Assembly (NCBI GenBank): GCA_936911875.1
Contig: CAKZGB010000008.1
Location: 117,359-181,358, forward strand
Source of the DNA: an uncultured Lysobacteraceae bacterium
Lineage (GTDB): Bacteria > Pseudomonadota > Gammaproteobacteria > Xanthomonadales > Xanthomonadaceae
Length of the DNA stretch: 64,000 bases
Direction of reading: 5' to 3'
The notes under the pieces are model-generated. The model did no database searches. It saw only the letters and a program-made list of their open reading frames with translations, and was not told the origin of the DNA. The position numbers and the translations under genes were made by a program. Every line of letters starts with the position of its first letter. Within the stretch, counting starts at the first letter, position 1. Shown in pieces: positions 28,716 through 39,522 of this stretch.

Positions 28716-28882
28716 CCTGGGCCGACCACGTGGCCGTGCTGCTCGCAGCCGGCCATGACCTCGCCTCGATCCTTGGCATGACGTACCGCCAAATCCAGCT
28801 CCACCTCGCCGCAGCGCACCGTCTGCACGAAAGCCGCTCCACCGAACTCACCACCATCTTTCAGGCATCCCTACTCCGATGA
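28284..28882 (+). CDS. tail assembly chaperone G-T fusion via programmed -1 frameshift
   Basis: Slippery heptamer T TTT TTC at 28643-28649 in the G frame (D-F-F). The -1 frame stays open to 28882 (FFRQDPGIAHGD...IFQASLLR) and ends at the tape-measure start. Confidence 0.5.
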
Positions 28883-31608
28883 GCAACAAGGCCATCACTG
28901 AACTCGCGGTCAAGCTCTCCGCCGACATCGGCGATCTCAAGCGCGACATGGCGGTGGTACGCAGCGAGTTGCGCCGTACGCAGTCGGAGGCCAACAGGAA
29001 CGCGCCGATCTTTTCCAGTTGGAATAAGAGCATCGGATCCGTCCGATCCAGTCTGGTCGGGTTGCGCTCCAGCCTGGTGGGATTTGCTGGCGTTTCGGCA
29101 TCTGCATTTTCGGCGCAAGAGGTGATCGAACTCGCCGACACGTACACGAGCCTGCAGGCCAAATTAGGTTTGGTCACCAGTTCAGAGCAGCAACGGGCCC
29201 GGGTCCAGTCCGAGCTCTTCAACATGTCGCAGAACAATCGCACATCGCTGGAGAGTAGCGTCGGGCTGTACGTTCGATTGGCCCAGTCGTCGGACGCGCT
29301 TCGCAACAACGAAAGTCTTTTGCTCTCGACAGTCGATCGCGTGTCCAAGTCGCTCATCATCTCCGGTGCCAGTGCATCGGAGTCGGCATCTGCGCAGCAG
29401 CAATTCTCGCAAGCGCTGGCCTCCGGCAAGCTCAGAGGAGATGAGTTCAACTCCATCATGGAGAACTCGCCAAGGCTTGCGAAAGCGTTGGCTGATGGTC
29501 TCGGTGTTCCGGTGGGCGCGCTTCGGCGTATGGCCGAACAGGGGGAGCTAACGACCGATCGTGTTATTGGAGCGATCCATAGCCAGGGCGATGCCATCGA
29601 CGAGGAGTTCAGCAAGATCCCCGTCATCGTGAGCGGTGCGTGGCGGCAGTTCAAGAACGCCACGCTCGAGGCCGTCGGGGTCACTGATCAGGCATCGGGT
29701 GCCAGCCGTACACTGAGCACCGCCATCACGGAGATGGCGGCGTCCATGAGCTCTCCGGAGACACGTGCGTCGATCGCTGCGTTGATTACAGACCTTGGCC
29801 GGGTTGCCCAAGCGGCTGTGACTACCGCGAACTGGCTCAATAAGGTGTTTAACAGGGCCAGCGATGCGTATAACTTTTCGCAGTATCGCCGCTGGGGCGG
29901 AAAAATGTTCGAGGGGATGACTCCAGAGCAGGAACGCGCCACCCGCGCATCAATCGCCCGTCAGGGTGCAAAGGGTCTGCAGGGCGGCGGGTTCGGCGTC
30001 ACGCAGGGAATGATTGATGACGTCAACACGAACACTGCCAGGTTGCGTGAGCTCAACGCCAACAGGACCGCAGAGGATGCGGTGCAGTTGGCAATGTCTC
30101 GCATCAAGCGTCCCGGAGGTGCTGGTGTGGCGCCCGTCTCTGTCGCTCCGGCGGGACGCGCCAATTCTGGTGGACGATCTGGTCGTAGCGGCCGGAGTTC
30201 GGGCGGTGACTCGCCGGCGGCACTTCTTGCAGCAACGGCTGACGCCACGGAACTTGCGACCGACCAGATTAAGCGCTCGCTCGAAAGCCTTGAAGGCCAG
30301 TACAAATCCGGTGCCCTCGGCATCGCGGACTACTTTGGCCAAAAGCTGAAGCTGCAAAAAGAGAGTCTGGATCTGCAGATCGCGGAAGCCGGCGCTGAAA
30401 TGCGCGGCGCCAAGACGGTGGAGGCGCGGTCCAGAGCAATGACACAGTTGGCCAAGTTGATGCGAGACCGCTCCGACTTGGAACAGCAAGCCAAAGAAGA
30501 TGCGGAGGCCGCAAACAAAGAGCTCACCCACTCGTACGAAGAGGTCGCAAAGAAGGTTGGAGAGGCCAACGCGGACGCGGTATCCATCACGCGGGCGGAG
30601 CTGGAGAAGCAGTACGGCGAATTGATCGCCAAGCTCAACCTCAACGGCCGGACGGTCGAGGCCGCCCTGGTTGGCCGATACATCGACTCGACATCCAAGA
30701 TCGCCGGTGTGCAGGCCGCCTCGGAACGCGCGGATACCATCGGCTCCGGACTGTCCACGCGAGAAGGCAGCCTGTCCTCGCAAATCGCCGCCGGCACGTT
30801 GTCCACCGCGGAGGGCGAGCGACAGATCCTTGCCGCTCGCCAGCAAGCCATCGCGCAATTGAAGGAGCTCCGAGCCGCGCAACTTGCCGCCCTGGCCTCG
30901 ATGGCGCCTGGCAGTCCCGAGCATACCAAGGCACTCGAGGGCATAGAGAAGCTCTCGGAGCAGATCGCTGATGTCACAGCCTCGACCAAGACTCTGCGGA
31001 ATGAGATGAAGGATCAAGCGATCAATGACTTGAACAACTTCTTTTCCGTGCTACGAACTGGCGCTATGAGCGGCAAGGAAGCACTGCTGGACATGGTCAG
31101 CTCGTTCCTTAATGCGCTGGCAGCGGCAATGCAAAACAAGGTGAGTACGGGGATCGTCGAGGCCGTGTTTGGGCTACTTACTCCAAAGACGCAGCCAGCG
31201 GAGGTGTTTCATGGCGGCGGCATCGCCGGGAATGGTGCCAGGTTCCGCAGCATGTTTAACCCGATGCTGTTCGGCGAGGCTCCGCGCTTTCATAGCGGCG
31301 GCTTTCCAGGTCTTGCTCCCAACGAGGTTGCGGCCGTTCTGCAGCGCGGCGAAGAAGTCCTGACGTCTAACGATCCGCGTCATTCGCGCAACGGCGGTGG
31401 CCTGCGCGGCGGCACCTCGAGTCAAGTCAACACGGTATCCGTCACAGTGAACATCGATCAGAGCGGCAATGCGACGGGTAGCGTCAACGGAAGCGACACC
31501 TCCAGTCGTGAGCTGGGCGACCTCGTGGGGCGCAAGGCGAAAGACGTGCTGGTGCAGGAATCCCGACAAGGCGGACTCCTGTGGAAGATGATGAACGGGG
31601 CCTCCTGA
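28879..31608 (+). CDS. tail tape measure protein
   Basis: 909 aa, Ala/Gln-rich coiled-coil, in the canonical position. Confidence 0.85.
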   Translation: MSNKAITELAVKLSADIGDLKRDMAVVRSELRRTQSEANRNAPIFSSWNKSIGSVRSSLVGLRSSLVGFAGVSASAFSAQEVIELADTYTSLQAKLGLVTSSEQQRARVQSELFNMSQNNRTSLESSVGLYVRLAQSSDALRNNESLLLSTVDRVSKSLIISGASASESASAQQQFSQALASGKLRGDEFNSIMENSPRLAKALADGLGVPVGALRRMAEQGELTTDRVIGAIHSQGDAIDEEFSKIPVIVSGAWRQFKNATLEAVGVTDQASGASRTLSTAITEMAASMSSPETRASIAALITDLGRVAQAAVTTANWLNKVFNRASDAYNFSQYRRWGGKMFEGMTPEQERATRASIARQGAKGLQGGGFGVTQGMIDDVNTNTARLRELNANRTAEDAVQLAMSRIKRPGGAGVAPVSVAPAGRANSGGRSGRSGRSSGGDSPAALLAATADATELATDQIKRSLESLEGQYKSGALGIADYFGQKLKLQKESLDLQIAEAGAEMRGAKTVEARSRAMTQLAKLMRDRSDLEQQAKEDAEAANKELTHSYEEVAKKVGEANADAVSITRAELEKQYGELIAKLNLNGRTVEAALVGRYIDSTSKIAGVQAASERADTIGSGLSTREGSLSSQIAAGTLSTAEGERQILAARQQAIAQLKELRAAQLAALASMAPGSPEHTKALEGIEKLSEQIADVTASTKTLRNEMKDQAINDLNNFFSVLRTGAMSGKEALLDMVSSFLNALAAAMQNKVSTGIVEAVFGLLTPKTQPAEVFHGGGIAGNGARFRSMFNPMLFGEAPRFHSGGFPGLAPNEVAAVLQRGEEVLTSNDPRHSRNGGGLRGGTSSQVNTVSVTVNIDQSGNATGSVNGSDTSSRELGDLVGRKAKDVLVQESRQGGLLWKMMNGAS

Positions 31609-31952
31609 TGGACACTTTTAATCCCGAATGGATGCCACTGATCGGCTGCACAAAAACCCACAAGTTCCGCGTTCGCAGCGTTCAGTTTGGAGACGGCTAC
31701 CGACAGACAGCTGGAGATGGGCCCAACCCGAAGGCCAGCGAATACCAGTTGCAGTGGGTCGTCGACGGCACGACCGCGCAGTCCATCAAGTCGTTCCTTG
31801 ACAGCCAAGAAGGCTGGCGCAAGTTCATCTTCACCCCACCCGGCAATGGCGAGCTTTCCCAGTACGTGACCTGCGAAGGCTACGAGGCCGTCGAAGACGG
31901 CGAAGGTTGGGAAAAGATTTCAGCAACATTTGTCTCATCGGTGACTCCATGA
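31608..31952 (+). CDS. minor tail protein M
   Basis: MDTFNPEW start overlapping the TMP stop. Lambda gpM-like size and position. Confidence 0.7.
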   Translation: MDTFNPEWMPLIGCTKTHKFRVRSVQFGDGYRQTAGDGPNPKASEYQLQWVVDGTTAQSIKSFLDSQEGWRKFIFTPPGNGELSQYVTCEGYEAVEDGEGWEKISATFVSSVTP

Positions 31953-32620
31953 CGATTTCACAAGACGTCCAGGGACTTGAGCCCGGCGCGATCTTTCGCT
32001 GCTTTGAACTGGATGCCACGCACATCGGCGCGGGCAAGTTGTTTTTTCACGGGCACGACGGCGTTGGTCGCGTGCGTTGGCAAGGGGTGGACTACGACTA
32101 CCACCCGGTGGCCGTGGCGGGCATCAAGGTGTCGTCGAGTTCAACGGCACGCCCCACGTTCTCCGTGGCCGACATCAACGGAGCCATTACCGCTATTTGT
32201 CAGGTCACGGATGAGCTGTTAGGTGCACGGCTTGTGGTGCGGTCGACCATGGTGAAGTATCTCGATGAACTGGGCGAGACTCCGGATCCGAATCAGCATT
32301 TCCCCGATCAGCTATGGTTTGTAGAACGCCGCGCCGATGACGACGGGGATGCCATCGTCTTTGAATTGGCCAGCGGGATGGAGTTCAACGGGCTGCAACT
32401 GCCGCGGCGGAAGATCATCGCCTCCCATTGCATTTGGCGCTACCGTGACGCGAACTGCGGATATACCGGCTCCCCGGTGGCCGACGCGGACGGGAACCCG
32501 ACGGATCAGATGGCACTGGATCGGTGCGGTAAGCGCCTTTCCGATTGCAAGCTCCGTTTCGGTGCGAACGGAGAGCTGAGGACGTCCGCATTCCCCGCTG
32601 CCGGACTGGTGCGGATGTAA
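31949..32620 (+). CDS. minor tail protein L
   Basis: C-terminal CIWRYRDANCGYTGSPVADADGNPTD..RCGKRLSDCKLRFG matches the lambda gpL C-terminus. Confidence 0.8.
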   Translation: MTISQDVQGLEPGAIFRCFELDATHIGAGKLFFHGHDGVGRVRWQGVDYDYHPVAVAGIKVSSSSTARPTFSVADINGAITAICQVTDELLGARLVVRSTMVKYLDELGETPDPNQHFPDQLWFVERRADDDGDAIVFELASGMEFNGLQLPRRKIIASHCIWRYRDANCGYTGSPVADADGNPTDQMALDRCGKRLSDCKLRFGANGELRTSAFPAAGLVRM

Positions 32621-33360
32621 TGGAATTCCCAGTACTTCAATCCAACGCACGAGATGCCGCCTACGCCCACGCCATGGCCTCCTATCCCAACGAGTCCGTA
32701 GGCTGGGTGATCCAGCGTCCTGACGGCAACCAGGAGTTCGTACGTGGCGAGAATGTCCATCCCCAGCCGCGCGCGGCGTTTCGTACGCGCCCGCAGGACT
32801 GGGCGGATGCCGAAGACGCGGGCGAGATCGTCGCCTTTGTCCACAGTCATCCGGACCAGCCTGGCTTTGCATCCGATGCCGACAGGCTCGGCTGCGGAAC
32901 GTCCGATCTGCCATGGTGGGTCGTAGTTCTTGGTGCCGACGGCGTGGTTGGTGACTTCTGGATCACACCGGAGCCCTTTGAGGCGCCATTGGTGGGCCGG
33001 CAGTACGTGTTTGGCGTATTGGATTGCTACGCCTTGGTGCGCGACTGGTATCGCACCGAGCGCGGCATCACGTTGCCGGACTTTGATCGCGATGACCCGG
33101 ACTTCTGGAAGCGCGGTGACGACGTGTTCGGCCGAAACATCGAGGCCGCGGGCTTTGCTCCCGCGTCAGGTGCTCCGGTGGTCGGTGACGTCATCTTGTT
33201 ACGTTCCGGCAGTACGCAAGTGGACAACTGCTGTGGTGTGCTGATCGAGGATGGATTATTCCTTCACCACCCAACCGGGCGCCTGTCCCGCCGGGATCTC
33301 TATGGCGGCCCCTGGCGCCGCATGACGTCCCGAATCCTTAGGTATCAAACCCGTGAGTAA
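32620..33360 (+). CDS. tail assembly protein K (JAB/MPN + NlpC/P60)
   Basis: JAMM motif FVHSHPDQPGFASDAD and NlpC/P60 Cys region FGVLDCYALVRDWY. Confidence 0.8.
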   Translation: MEFPVLQSNARDAAYAHAMASYPNESVGWVIQRPDGNQEFVRGENVHPQPRAAFRTRPQDWADAEDAGEIVAFVHSHPDQPGFASDADRLGCGTSDLPWWVVVLGADGVVGDFWITPEPFEAPLVGRQYVFGVLDCYALVRDWYRTERGITLPDFDRDDPDFWKRGDDVFGRNIEAAGFAPASGAPVVGDVILLRSGSTQVDNCCGVLIEDGLFLHHPTGRLSRRDLYGGPWRRMTSRILRYQTRE

Positions 33361-34042
33361 CTTGCGAACTGTGCGATTCTACGGCCACTTGGGTCGTAAA
33401 TTTGGCCGCAGCTTTCAGCTCGCGGTAAGCTCGCCCGCCGAAGCAATCGCCGCTTTAGGTGCGCAGCTCCCTGGGCTGCAGCAATATCTCTACCAGAGCA
33501 AGTCGAAAGGCGTCGAATACGCGGTATTTGTTGGGGAGACCAACATTACCGCCGATGAACTGGCCCACCCCAGTGCCAATTCGACGATCAAGTTCGCGCC
33601 GGTACTGGTGGGCGCCGGGGGCAAGAATGGCGTACTCCAGACGATTGTCGGCGGACTCCTCGTCATCGCGGGCGCTGTGCTGACCGTGTATGGCTTTGGA
33701 AATATCGGCGTACCGATGACAAAGTTCGGCTGGTCGATGGTCATTGGTGGCATTGCGCAGATGCTCGCGCCACAGCCAAAGGGCGGACCTGACGACAAGG
33801 CCGACGATAGGGCCAGCTATGTGTTTAGCGGGCCCGTTAATACTCTCGCCCAGGGCAATCCGGTCCCGGTGGGTTATGGCCGCATGTACGTCGGCTCGGC
33901 GGTTGTCTCTGCCGGTATCGAAACCCGCGACCAGGGCATTGTCCCGGCCGGTTCCAACATCAACAATCCTCCGTCCGATACCCCGCAGCGTAGCGGCGGC
34001 GGCTCGCCGGACTGGCAACGCGACTTTACGCCGGAGCAATAA
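33353..34042 (+). CDS. tail assembly protein I
   Basis: Lambda gpI-like N-terminus (VRFYGHLGRKFGRSFQLAVSSPAEAIAAL) and hydrophobic middle. Confidence 0.75.
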   Translation: MSNLRTVRFYGHLGRKFGRSFQLAVSSPAEAIAALGAQLPGLQQYLYQSKSKGVEYAVFVGETNITADELAHPSANSTIKFAPVLVGAGGKNGVLQTIVGGLLVIAGAVLTVYGFGNIGVPMTKFGWSMVIGGIAQMLAPQPKGGPDDKADDRASYVFSGPVNTLAQGNPVPVGYGRMYVGSAVVSAGIETRDQGIVPAGSNINNPPSDTPQRSGGGSPDWQRDFTPEQ

Positions 34043-37000
34043 TGGCAGATGGTAACCAACTCACCGGGGCCGGTGGCAAGAAGTCCACAGAAGCGAGTGA
34101 AGCTCCGGACAGCCTGCACTCGATCGCAACCGCTCGGATTGTCGATGTCATCTCCGAGGGCCCAATTAAGGGCCTCGTCACCGGCGACGCACGCAGCGTC
34201 TTCTACGACCGCACCCCGGTGCGCAACGCGGATGGCTCGGACAACTTCGAGAACTTTATCCTCGACATCCGGCATGGGACGGTCGATCAGGCCCATGTTC
34301 CTGGCCAACCAGGCGTTGAGAACGAGGTCGCCCTTGCCGGCGGCAGCGGCGTCGAACTCAAGTACAACGAGCCCTTCACCCAGGCCATTACCAACCCGGA
34401 TCTCTCTGCCGTTCGCGTAAAGATCTATGTGCCGCAGCTGCAACGGGCGGACAGCGCCAATAACCGGCTCGATGGCGATCGTGTGGTGATCCGTTACGAA
34501 TTGTCGACGGACGATTCCGCGTTCGTCGCGGTCTATGAAGAGGCCATCGACGGCAAGACCCGCAATGGATACGAGCGATCGACGACGATCTATCTGCCCG
34601 AAGCCACTACCGGATGGATGCTCCGCGCCACACGCCTAACCCCGGATGCGACGAACAGCACGCAGGTCAATAAGACGTACCTTCGCAGTTACACCGAGCT
34701 GATCAACGTCAAGCTCGCGATGCCAAACACAGCTTACGTGGCCAATACCATCGGCGCGGATCAATTTTCGTCCATCCCTACCCGGATCTACCACACCGAT
34801 CTTCTCCTCGTTGAGATTCCCTCGAACTACGATCCCATCGCGCGGACCTACACCGGGATCTGGGATGGCACCTTTGTGCAGGCATGGACGGACAACCCGG
34901 TCTGGTGTACGCGTGATTTCATCGTCAACGATCGCTACGGCTGCGGGCATCTGGTGTCCGCGGAGTTGCCGAATAAGTGGGCGCTCTACAAGCTCTCGAT
35001 GCATTGTGACGAGCTGGTACCGAACGGCAAAGGTGGCCAAGAGCCTAGGTATCGGTTCTCGGCCTATTTTCAGCAACAGGCCGATGCCTGGAAAGTAATC
35101 AACGACATGCTCGGCTCGTTCCGAGCCATGCAATTCTGGATGGGTGGAACGATCAACGTGGTCGGCGATATGGCTGACGACCTGTTCGACATCTACACTC
35201 CGGCGGACGTGAAGGACGGCAAGTTCAACACGTCATCCACTGGCCGTGCAGCCCGGCACACCGCAGCGTATGTCACGTACTTCGACGAAGACGACTTTTC
35301 CACGCAAAAGATCGCCTACGTTGAGGATGCCGATGCCATCGCGCGGTTTGGGTTCAACGAGACATCCGTCATCAACATCGGGTGCCCGTCCTACTCCCAG
35401 GCGATTCGGTTCGGCCGCTCGATCATTGCCAGTGAGCAGTTCGAGACGGAGATGATCAGTTTTGTCGTCGGCCTCGAGGGCAAGCTCGTGCCGCCTGGGG
35501 CCATCATCGGCGTAATGCGTCCGCAGTTGATGGGTGAGCGCATGGGCGGACGGGTGTCTGCTGCGACGCTCACATCGATCACCGTCGACCATATGCCGAT
35601 CACCGCACCAGTAGCCGGTGACATCTTGAACATCGTGACGCCCGCCGGTGAGGTCGAAAAGGCCACCGTGGCGACCGTGTCGGGCCGCACGATCACCGTC
35701 GAAGCGGCGTTCTCGGCTGTGCCCCTCGCGGAGTCGACGTGGGTCCTTGAGCGCACTAATCTCCGGATGCGCCAGTACCGGGTACTCGACATCGACGAGT
35801 CTGAAGACTCTCTCGAATGGACCATTACGGCCCTCCTGCACGAACCGGCCAAGTACGCGTACATTGACGCGCTCGAGCCCATTGTGCCAGCTCCGACTTA
35901 CGCACCTCAGGTGCCGGCACGGCCGACCGGCCTCGAGATGGACGTGCGTGTCATTGTTGAGCATGCGACGTCCCAGACGGTCCTGGCGTTCTCCTGGTCG
36001 ACTGTGTTTGGGGTCCAAAACTATGATGTGGAGTACCAGTTTGGCCAGGGCCCGTGGAATCGCATCGACCGACTCACGGGCACCGCCACCGACGTGTACT
36101 CCGCCGTCCCCGGTCCGGTTCGTTTCCGTGTCCGCGCGACCAACGCATCGGGTGTTTCGTCTCCCTGGTCCGACCCGTATGCTGGGACCGTACCTGAAAA
36201 TATGACCCCGGGCGGTGCGCTTGCGGAGGCACTCGTTGACATCGATGCCGCGGTGTCCGACAACGTCATCAGCCGCTCGGAGAAACTGGCCGAAACCGTG
36301 CGCTGGAACGGAGCGATCTCCGCGCTGTCGTCTGACCAGTCCAAGGCGACCGCGGCAGGTGTGGCGCATACCGATTACACTGCCGCCTACACGGCGCTGC
36401 AAGCGTACATTGACGGGCTCGATCCTGCACTGACCGATATGGCCCACGACACGCCTGTCGTCGGCTCGACCTACCGCACGGCGTGGAACCTATACCTAAC
36501 GCAGCGCACTCTGCTGCTGAACGCGATTGCGGACAAGGCACGGACAACCTCGACTTGGAGCGGCGTATCAGGCACGGGCAAGCCGCAGGACAACGCGGAC
36601 GTGACGGCCACTGCGCCCGCCTTTACAGCGGTCAACGTTCGGATGCCGGGCGGGACGGACGTGCTGGTAACGGCTAACGCCGCAGCCGCAGATGCAACCG
36701 CTAAAGCCAATGCCGCCCGCGATGCCGCTGTCCTAGCCGCCGCCAATGCCGCGTCCACCCTCTACGCAACCCAAGCGCGGGCCGCCGCTTTGCAAGCGCA
36801 GATCAATGACGTGGTGGGAACTGCCGACGACTGGGTGGATGACAGGGATTACCCGAAAGGCGATTCCGTCCGCAACAACGGAATACTGTACCGCGCCAAA
36901 CAGCCTGTACCCGCTGGCACTCCGACGAGCGATACGGCGTACTGGGAAAACATCGGCAACTATTCCAGTGTCGGCGAAGCGGTCGCGGCCGCCGTGGATA

Positions 37001-39522
37001 TGTCCACTACGGCTTCAACATGGGTGAGTTCATACGGGGAACAGACGCGGGGCGTGATTGCGCGGGTTCCGTCAGGGACGGGGCAACTGTCCACCGAAGC
37101 CTACGCCCTGCAAACCGCACAGGCGCAGGTCTCGCCTGAAAGTGCCGTTGGGCAGTTCATGTCGACAACGGGTGCGCGTCTGCCCGATGGGAACGGCAAG
37201 ATTGCATCGGCATCGTCGGTTGATTCGGTGCGGTCAACGGTTGAGGTGCTGAAAAGCCCGAAATCCAACGGCATTTCCGATCCATATTTTCAAACGTCTG
37301 CGTGGACAAATTCATGGAATCACGGTTATCCCATTGACGGGTACTTTGGCCGCGCCTTACTCCTGCCCGCGTCCAGCGGTTTGAAGTGGTGGGCATACGA
37401 TGCGCCCGTGAGCGCGGGATGGGGTTACACGGCAAGCATCGACGCGTACAGGGACAACGGCTCGGGACAGGTCTTTATCAATGTCCGGTACCTTGACGCC
37501 GACAAGAATCATGTGGCATGGGGCGAGACATTCGGGCTAAGTGCGGTCGCGGAATGGAAGCGCATCTCGCATTACGAAATCGCACCGGCGGGCGCGGTAT
37601 GGAAGCGCATATTTTGCGAAACCGCAGAGACAACAGGCTCGGCCTACTTTGCAAATCCAGCCAACAAACAAGGGGTGGATGACAGCTTCAGCGATGACAC
37701 GCTGTTGCGTGCCACAACGGAACGGGTGCAGTCCATTTCCGTTGAGGTCGAGGACAGCAAAGCCCGCATCGGCAACGTGGAAACAGCCATTGCCGATGAA
37801 GCGGGTGCGCGTGCGCAGGCGATCAGTAACATCCAAGCGGATTACAACGGCAAACTCGATACAAAGGCATCCCATACGCAACTGTCCGAAGCCGTTGCGG
37901 GCGAAGCCAGTGCGCGTTCCATTGCCATTTCCGCATTGCAGGGGCAGGTGGCAGGAAAGGCGGACGCATCCATCGTCAATCAGGCCGTGATTGACATTGG
38001 TGTGCTGAAAAGCCCAACGGCAAATGGTGTCCAAGACCCGTACTTCCAAACGTCTGAATGGATTAATGCCACAAATCACGGGCAAATCGTTGAGGGATAT
38101 TATGGTCGAGCGTTATTGTTGCCAGCATCGGCAGGTCTGAAATGGTGGCATTACGATGTTCCCGTTAATGCGGGTTGGGGCTACACATTAAGCGGTGAAA
38201 TCTACCGCGACAACACGGCAGGTTCGGCATTTTTCAATGTCGAGTATCTGGACGCTAATAGGAATCACGTTGCATGGGGTGAATCCTTCGGAAATAACAC
38301 GGCGGCAAGATGGGCCCGAATCTCTCATTTTGAAGTGCCCCCCGCAGGTGCGGCTTACAAAAGAATCTACTGCGAGACGATTGATACAACGGGGACATCG
38401 TACTTCAACAAACTGGCGAACAAGCAGGGTTTGGACGATTCGTTTTCCGATGACTCCGCCGTAATGGCCAACCTCCAGCAACTCAACGCCCTGAACTTCG
38501 CAATGGGCGGCGTGAACGGTCAGGTCGCGCACTCGCAGTCCATCACGTACAAGCTCGGACAGTTGGAAACAAGTTGGGGCAACTTTGCCACGGCGGAATT
38601 GCCCGAACTCGCAACGAAGGCTCAAGCGCAGCAGTATGCGAGTGCCGTGGTCGCGCCCGATTCGGCAATGGCCACGTACATCAACAACCTGAACCTTGCG
38701 GTCGGCGGGGTGAATGGGGCGGCAGTAAGCAGCACTAGCTTAACGTACCGCGCAAATACGCTCGAAGCCACTAAGGTCGAATACCAGATCGTCGGCGGCA
38801 AGGTCAGCGGCTACCGTGTCGGCAACAACGGCGCGTATTCGACGTTCGAGATCATCGCCGATTCAATCGAAATGGTGACGGGCAGCAATACAGGTGTCGC
38901 CATCACCAAGAACAAAATGGACCGCGTTTTCGGCAATGCCGCGTTTTATGAGGGCGACCCGTTTGGCGCGGATAATCTAGTGTTCTGGATCGGCCCGAAG
39001 TCCATCGCAAAAGCGAGCGCTACAAAAGCCAACGGCACGTTCTGGATTAGCTCTTCGGGTGATCGTGGCGGCGGCGCGATGATCGGCTCGTTCAGCACGT
39101 CACGCGCAAGTGCTACGTCATCCACGCCAAATGGGACCGTTGAGGTCTCTACAGGCAGCTTCGAGCGCAGTTCGAGCAATGCGCAGATCACAGTGTCTGT
39201 CGGCATGTTTGCGTTCCGCACGTCATCGGGATCAGGCACCAACTCAACGGCGGCGCAATCTGTATCTGGCGTGATTGAGAAATCCGTTGACGGCGGCGCA
39301 TGGACTCAGGTGGGTGGATGGTCTGCGCGAGGAAGCTACAACGTCGAGTACGATTCAGGCATCAAGTCCGAGGTATCCGAAGTATCAGGCGGCGGCTATG
39401 CGGCGGACACAACGTCAGGCACGAATATCGCATATCGGGCGAGGCGAACGGGCGGCGGTGTCAATCTCGTCTCTAGTGTCGCAAACAACATGACAATCAG
39501 CATCACAGTGGAGCAAGTCTAA
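34042..39522 (+). CDS. host specificity protein J / central tail fibre
   Basis: 1826 aa, gpJ-like N-terminal two thirds. The C-terminal third contains a tandem duplicated ~150-aa domain and a distinct distal domain. Confidence 0.9.
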   Translation: MADGNQLTGAGGKKSTEASEAPDSLHSIATARIVDVISEGPIKGLVTGDARSVFYDRTPVRNADGSDNFENFILDIRHGTVDQAHVPGQPGVENEVALAGGSGVELKYNEPFTQAITNPDLSAVRVKIYVPQLQRADSANNRLDGDRVVIRYELSTDDSAFVAVYEEAIDGKTRNGYERSTTIYLPEATTGWMLRATRLTPDATNSTQVNKTYLRSYTELINVKLAMPNTAYVANTIGADQFSSIPTRIYHTDLLLVEIPSNYDPIARTYTGIWDGTFVQAWTDNPVWCTRDFIVNDRYGCGHLVSAELPNKWALYKLSMHCDELVPNGKGGQEPRYRFSAYFQQQADAWKVINDMLGSFRAMQFWMGGTINVVGDMADDLFDIYTPADVKDGKFNTSSTGRAARHTAAYVTYFDEDDFSTQKIAYVEDADAIARFGFNETSVINIGCPSYSQAIRFGRSIIASEQFETEMISFVVGLEGKLVPPGAIIGVMRPQLMGERMGGRVSAATLTSITVDHMPITAPVAGDILNIVTPAGEVEKATVATVSGRTITVEAAFSAVPLAESTWVLERTNLRMRQYRVLDIDESEDSLEWTITALLHEPAKYAYIDALEPIVPAPTYAPQVPARPTGLEMDVRVIVEHATSQTVLAFSWSTVFGVQNYDVEYQFGQGPWNRIDRLTGTATDVYSAVPGPVRFRVRATNASGVSSPWSDPYAGTVPENMTPGGALAEALVDIDAAVSDNVISRSEKLAETVRWNGAISALSSDQSKATAAGVAHTDYTAAYTALQAYIDGLDPALTDMAHDTPVVGSTYRTAWNLYLTQRTLLLNAIADKARTTSTWSGVSGTGKPQDNADVTATAPAFTAVNVRMPGGTDVLVTANAAAADATAKANAARDAAVLAAANAASTLYATQARAAALQAQINDVVGTADDWVDDRDYPKGDSVRNNGILYRAKQPVPAGTPTSDTAYWENIGNYSSVGEAVAAAVDMSTTASTWVSSYGEQTRGVIARVPSGTGQLSTEAYALQTAQAQVSPESAVGQFMSTTGARLPDGNGKIASASSVDSVRSTVEVLKSPKSNGISDPYFQTSAWTNSWNHGYPIDGYFGRALLLPASSGLKWWAYDAPVSAGWGYTASIDAYRDNGSGQVFINVRYLDADKNHVAWGETFGLSAVAEWKRISHYEIAPAGAVWKRIFCETAETTGSAYFANPANKQGVDDSFSDDTLLRATTERVQSISVEVEDSKARIGNVETAIADEAGARAQAISNIQADYNGKLDTKASHTQLSEAVAGEASARSIAISALQGQVAGKADASIVNQAVIDIGVLKSPTANGVQDPYFQTSEWINATNHGQIVEGYYGRALLLPASAGLKWWHYDVPVNAGWGYTLSGEIYRDNTAGSAFFNVEYLDANRNHVAWGESFGNNTAARWARISHFEVPPAGAAYKRIYCETIDTTGTSYFNKLANKQGLDDSFSDDSAVMANLQQLNALNFAMGGVNGQVAHSQSITYKLGQLETSWGNFATAELPELATKAQAQQYASAVVAPDSAMATYINNLNLAVGGVNGAAVSSTSLTYRANTLEATKVEYQIVGGKVSGYRVGNNGAYSTFEIIADSIEMVTGSNTGVAITKNKMDRVFGNAAFYEGDPFGADNLVFWIGPKSIAKASATKANGTFWISSSGDRGGGAMIGSFSTSRASATSSTPNGTVEVSTGSFERSSSNAQITVSVGMFAFRTSSGSGTNSTAAQSVSGVIEKSVDGGAWTQVGGWSARGSYNVEYDSGIKSEVSEVSGGGYAADTTSGTNIAYRARRTGGGVNLVSSVANNMTISITVEQV

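Noticed and set aside
35233-36447. 404-aa ORF antisense within J
   Set aside because: Antisense artefact; Arg/Gly/His-rich.
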